This document shows, in pieces, positions 62,623 through 64,000 of a stretch of 64,000 nt of DNA (positions are counted from its first letter, which is position 1; each line of letters starts with the position of its first letter). A model generated the notes under the pieces. It saw nothing but the letters and a program-made list of their open reading frames with translations. It did not search any database and had not been told where the DNA came from. The stretch lies in assembly GCA_944324945.1 (NCBI GenBank), contig CALUYE010000007.1, forward strand, positions 2,501 to 66,500, read 5' to 3'. Both the position numbers and the translations under genes were made by a program. Source of the DNA: Candidatus Gastranaerophilales bacterium (GTDB taxonomy: Bacteria > Cyanobacteriota > Vampirovibrionia > Gastranaerophilales > Gastranaerophilaceae).

Positions 62623-63267
62623 ATGCCTATAAAAAACATACAATTTAATAGTTTTAAACCGTATAGCCATTATTTAAAAAACGAGGAAAATAATTTCAAA
62701 AAAAATATGCCTAACCCAAAGGCCCTTGTTGGTGCCGCAGCAGGTGTATTGTGCGGAATGAAAATAGCTCCTGTGTTGATTAAAAAAGGCAAAATAAAGG
62801 AAGGTACTCTGAAAGAAGTCATTGAAATGCTTTCAATGGCGGGGCTTGCCAATGTTTTTTCCGTACTTTTTGCTTCATTTAAAAACGAAAAAAAGGAAAA
62901 TTCCAAAAAATGGCGCGAAGCGGGATTTCAGTTTATGAACACTTCAATACCCATGCTTATGGTAAGTGCCGTACATGAGGTTTGTAAAAGATGCAATTCT
63001 TTAAACAATAAGCCCGTAAAAATAATAGGCTCTATTCTTGGCATGCTTGGCGGTGCAATGATAGCAACAAAATTATCAAATTTAAGTGCCGATAATGATG
63101 CACAGATGAGAAAATACACCCTAAAGGATTCCATTGCAAATTTTGACGATATAGCAGCAACAATAATAATAGGCTTTCCTCAATATCAAAAACTTAATAA
63201 ATATGCAAAAACTCTTCTGCCTTATATCTATACCTATTGCGGAACAAGGGCAGGAAGTAAGGAATAA
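62623..63267 (+). CDS. Hypothetical membrane protein (214 aa)
   Basis: Gly-zipper-like hydrophobic segments VGAAAGVLCGMKIAPV and IIGSILGMLGGAMIA. Confidence 0.5.
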   Translation: MPIKNIQFNSFKPYSHYLKNEENNFKKNMPNPKALVGAAAGVLCGMKIAPVLIKKGKIKEGTLKEVIEMLSMAGLANVFSVLFASFKNEKKENSKKWREAGFQFMNTSIPMLMVSAVHEVCKRCNSLNNKPVKIIGSILGMLGGAMIATKLSNLSADNDAQMRKYTLKDSIANFDDIAATIIIGFPQYQKLNKYAKTLLPYIYTYCGTRAGSKE

Positions 63268-63315
63268 TTATAAAAACGCAAAAAAATTCCTTTTTGGTTT
63301 TTAAAATTAATAATT

Positions 63316-64000
63316 ATGAAAATTAATAGCGCAACAAACTATAAAATATCATACGGTTACAACAAAAGATTAAACACCAAACTCAAAAAAAGACTTGAAA
63401 AAGAGCCTGATAACAAAATATATCAGGCTGTTGCAAAAATAAACGATACATGTAATTTCACGGAAGACAGAATCAGAGAGCTTGAAAAAAAGGATAAATC
63501 AGGAATTGCGTTAAACGAAAATTTAATTGAATTCTATCTTGAATTTTTTATGGATGCAAAAATAGCACTTGCACTGATTGTTGAGCGCTTATTTCCTGAT
63601 TTAAAATATTTTGAAAATGAAATCGATAAATATGAAAAAGAATCATTTGAAGATGTTGATATAAAAAATGCATCAGCTAACCCTCTGGAAGAACTTCGTC
63701 CCGCATATTTTTGGAGAATGGCGCTTGTTGATGAAGCAAATATTGCTCTTGAAGCGAGACAAACACCAAAAAATACAATTTATTCAATACCTCAAACAAA
63801 TGAAACATATAAATTAAAAACAAAAAGTGATTCAAAAACGGATGAAGGTTTAATTGTAAAATATAAATCAAATTCAGATTCACCAAAAAGCCTTGATGAT
63901 GTTATCGGGCTTGATAACTGTATTTTGGATATTAAAGATTTAATAATATATCCTCTAAATCACCCTAAAGAAGCCCAAAAAAGAAAAGAAGACTATGGAA
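63316..64000 (+). CDS. AAA+ ATPase with unique ~190-aa N-terminal region (3' end beyond right edge)
   Basis: Open at the edge, so not in the track. MKINSATNYK... The last residues, SLDDVIGLDNCILDIKDLIIYPLNHPKEAQKRKEDYG, match the segment that precedes Walker A in classical AAA proteins. Confidence 0.55.
   Translation, partial: MKINSATNYKISYGYNKRLNTKLKKRLEKEPDNKIYQAVAKINDTCNFTEDRIRELEKKDKSGIALNENLIEFYLEFFMDAKIALALIVERLFPDLKYFENEIDKYEKESFEDVDIKNASANPLEELRPAYFWRMALVDEANIALEARQTPKNTIYSIPQTNETYKLKTKSDSKTDEGLIVKYKSNSDSPKSLDDVIGLDNCILDIKDLIIYPLNHPKEAQKRKEDYG

Noticed and set aside
1-64000. CRISPR arrays, tRNA/rRNA genes, IS elements, integrases, prophage or toxin-antitoxin modules
   Set aside because: By-eye scanning of the intergenic regions and the ORF track showed no spaced direct-repeat arrays and no tRNA T-arm (GGTTCGAATCC-like) signatures. 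It also showed no transposase or recombinase motifs. A tRNAscan, Infernal or ISfinder run would be needed to be definitive.

Overview
Visibly AT-rich chromosomal segment of a flagellated, diderm-type bacterium. Supporting features are TolC-like outer-membrane factors, flagellin/FliM/FliN, and many prepilin-type proteins. A Melainabacteria/Gastranaerophilales-like organism is only a guess. Standard genetic code, dense packing, many translationally coupled genes. I saw no rRNA, tRNA, CRISPR array, transposase or integrase. Most of the window is housekeeping: a partial dcw cluster murF-mraY-murD-ftsW-murG followed by folC, plus pyk, tyrS, ribD-aroQ-thiL-ispD, radA, miaA, era, coaD, cysE, rpsT and several transporters. 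Non-routine content, most interesting first: (1) Three paralogous prepilin-type genes with near-identical N- and C-terminal blocks and a hypervariable centre. Each is divergently paired with its own XRE regulator. Two of them form an inverted pair flanking about 8 kb. One has a consensus promoter overlapped by twin palindromic operators. (2) Next to cassette 2, a Tad-like remnant: a TadZ/CpaE-like atypical-receiver/ParA ATPase followed by a CpaF/TadA-like protein whose catalytic motifs look degenerate. It is fused into a housekeeping operon. (3) A soluble protein made of a small N-domain, a coiled coil and an FlhA cytoplasmic (FHIPEP C-terminal) domain with no membrane domain. Its 5' leader carries a terminator-like hairpin. 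(4) A near-consensus sigma28 promoter driving an unknown Q/N/S-rich, Cys/Trp/His-free 170-aa protein. Its leader shares an AAGGAA...AGACAATAA motif with the structured flagellin leader. (5) Tandem overlapping thymidylate-kinase-like paralogs, one with the P-loop Lys replaced by Arg. (6) A duplicated tolC-marR-emrA-emrB efflux module with different operator palindromes. (7) The 5' end of a Type IIG R-M enzyme at the left edge and of an AAA+ ATPase at the right edge. All functional calls come from by-eye motif recognition; no searches were run.
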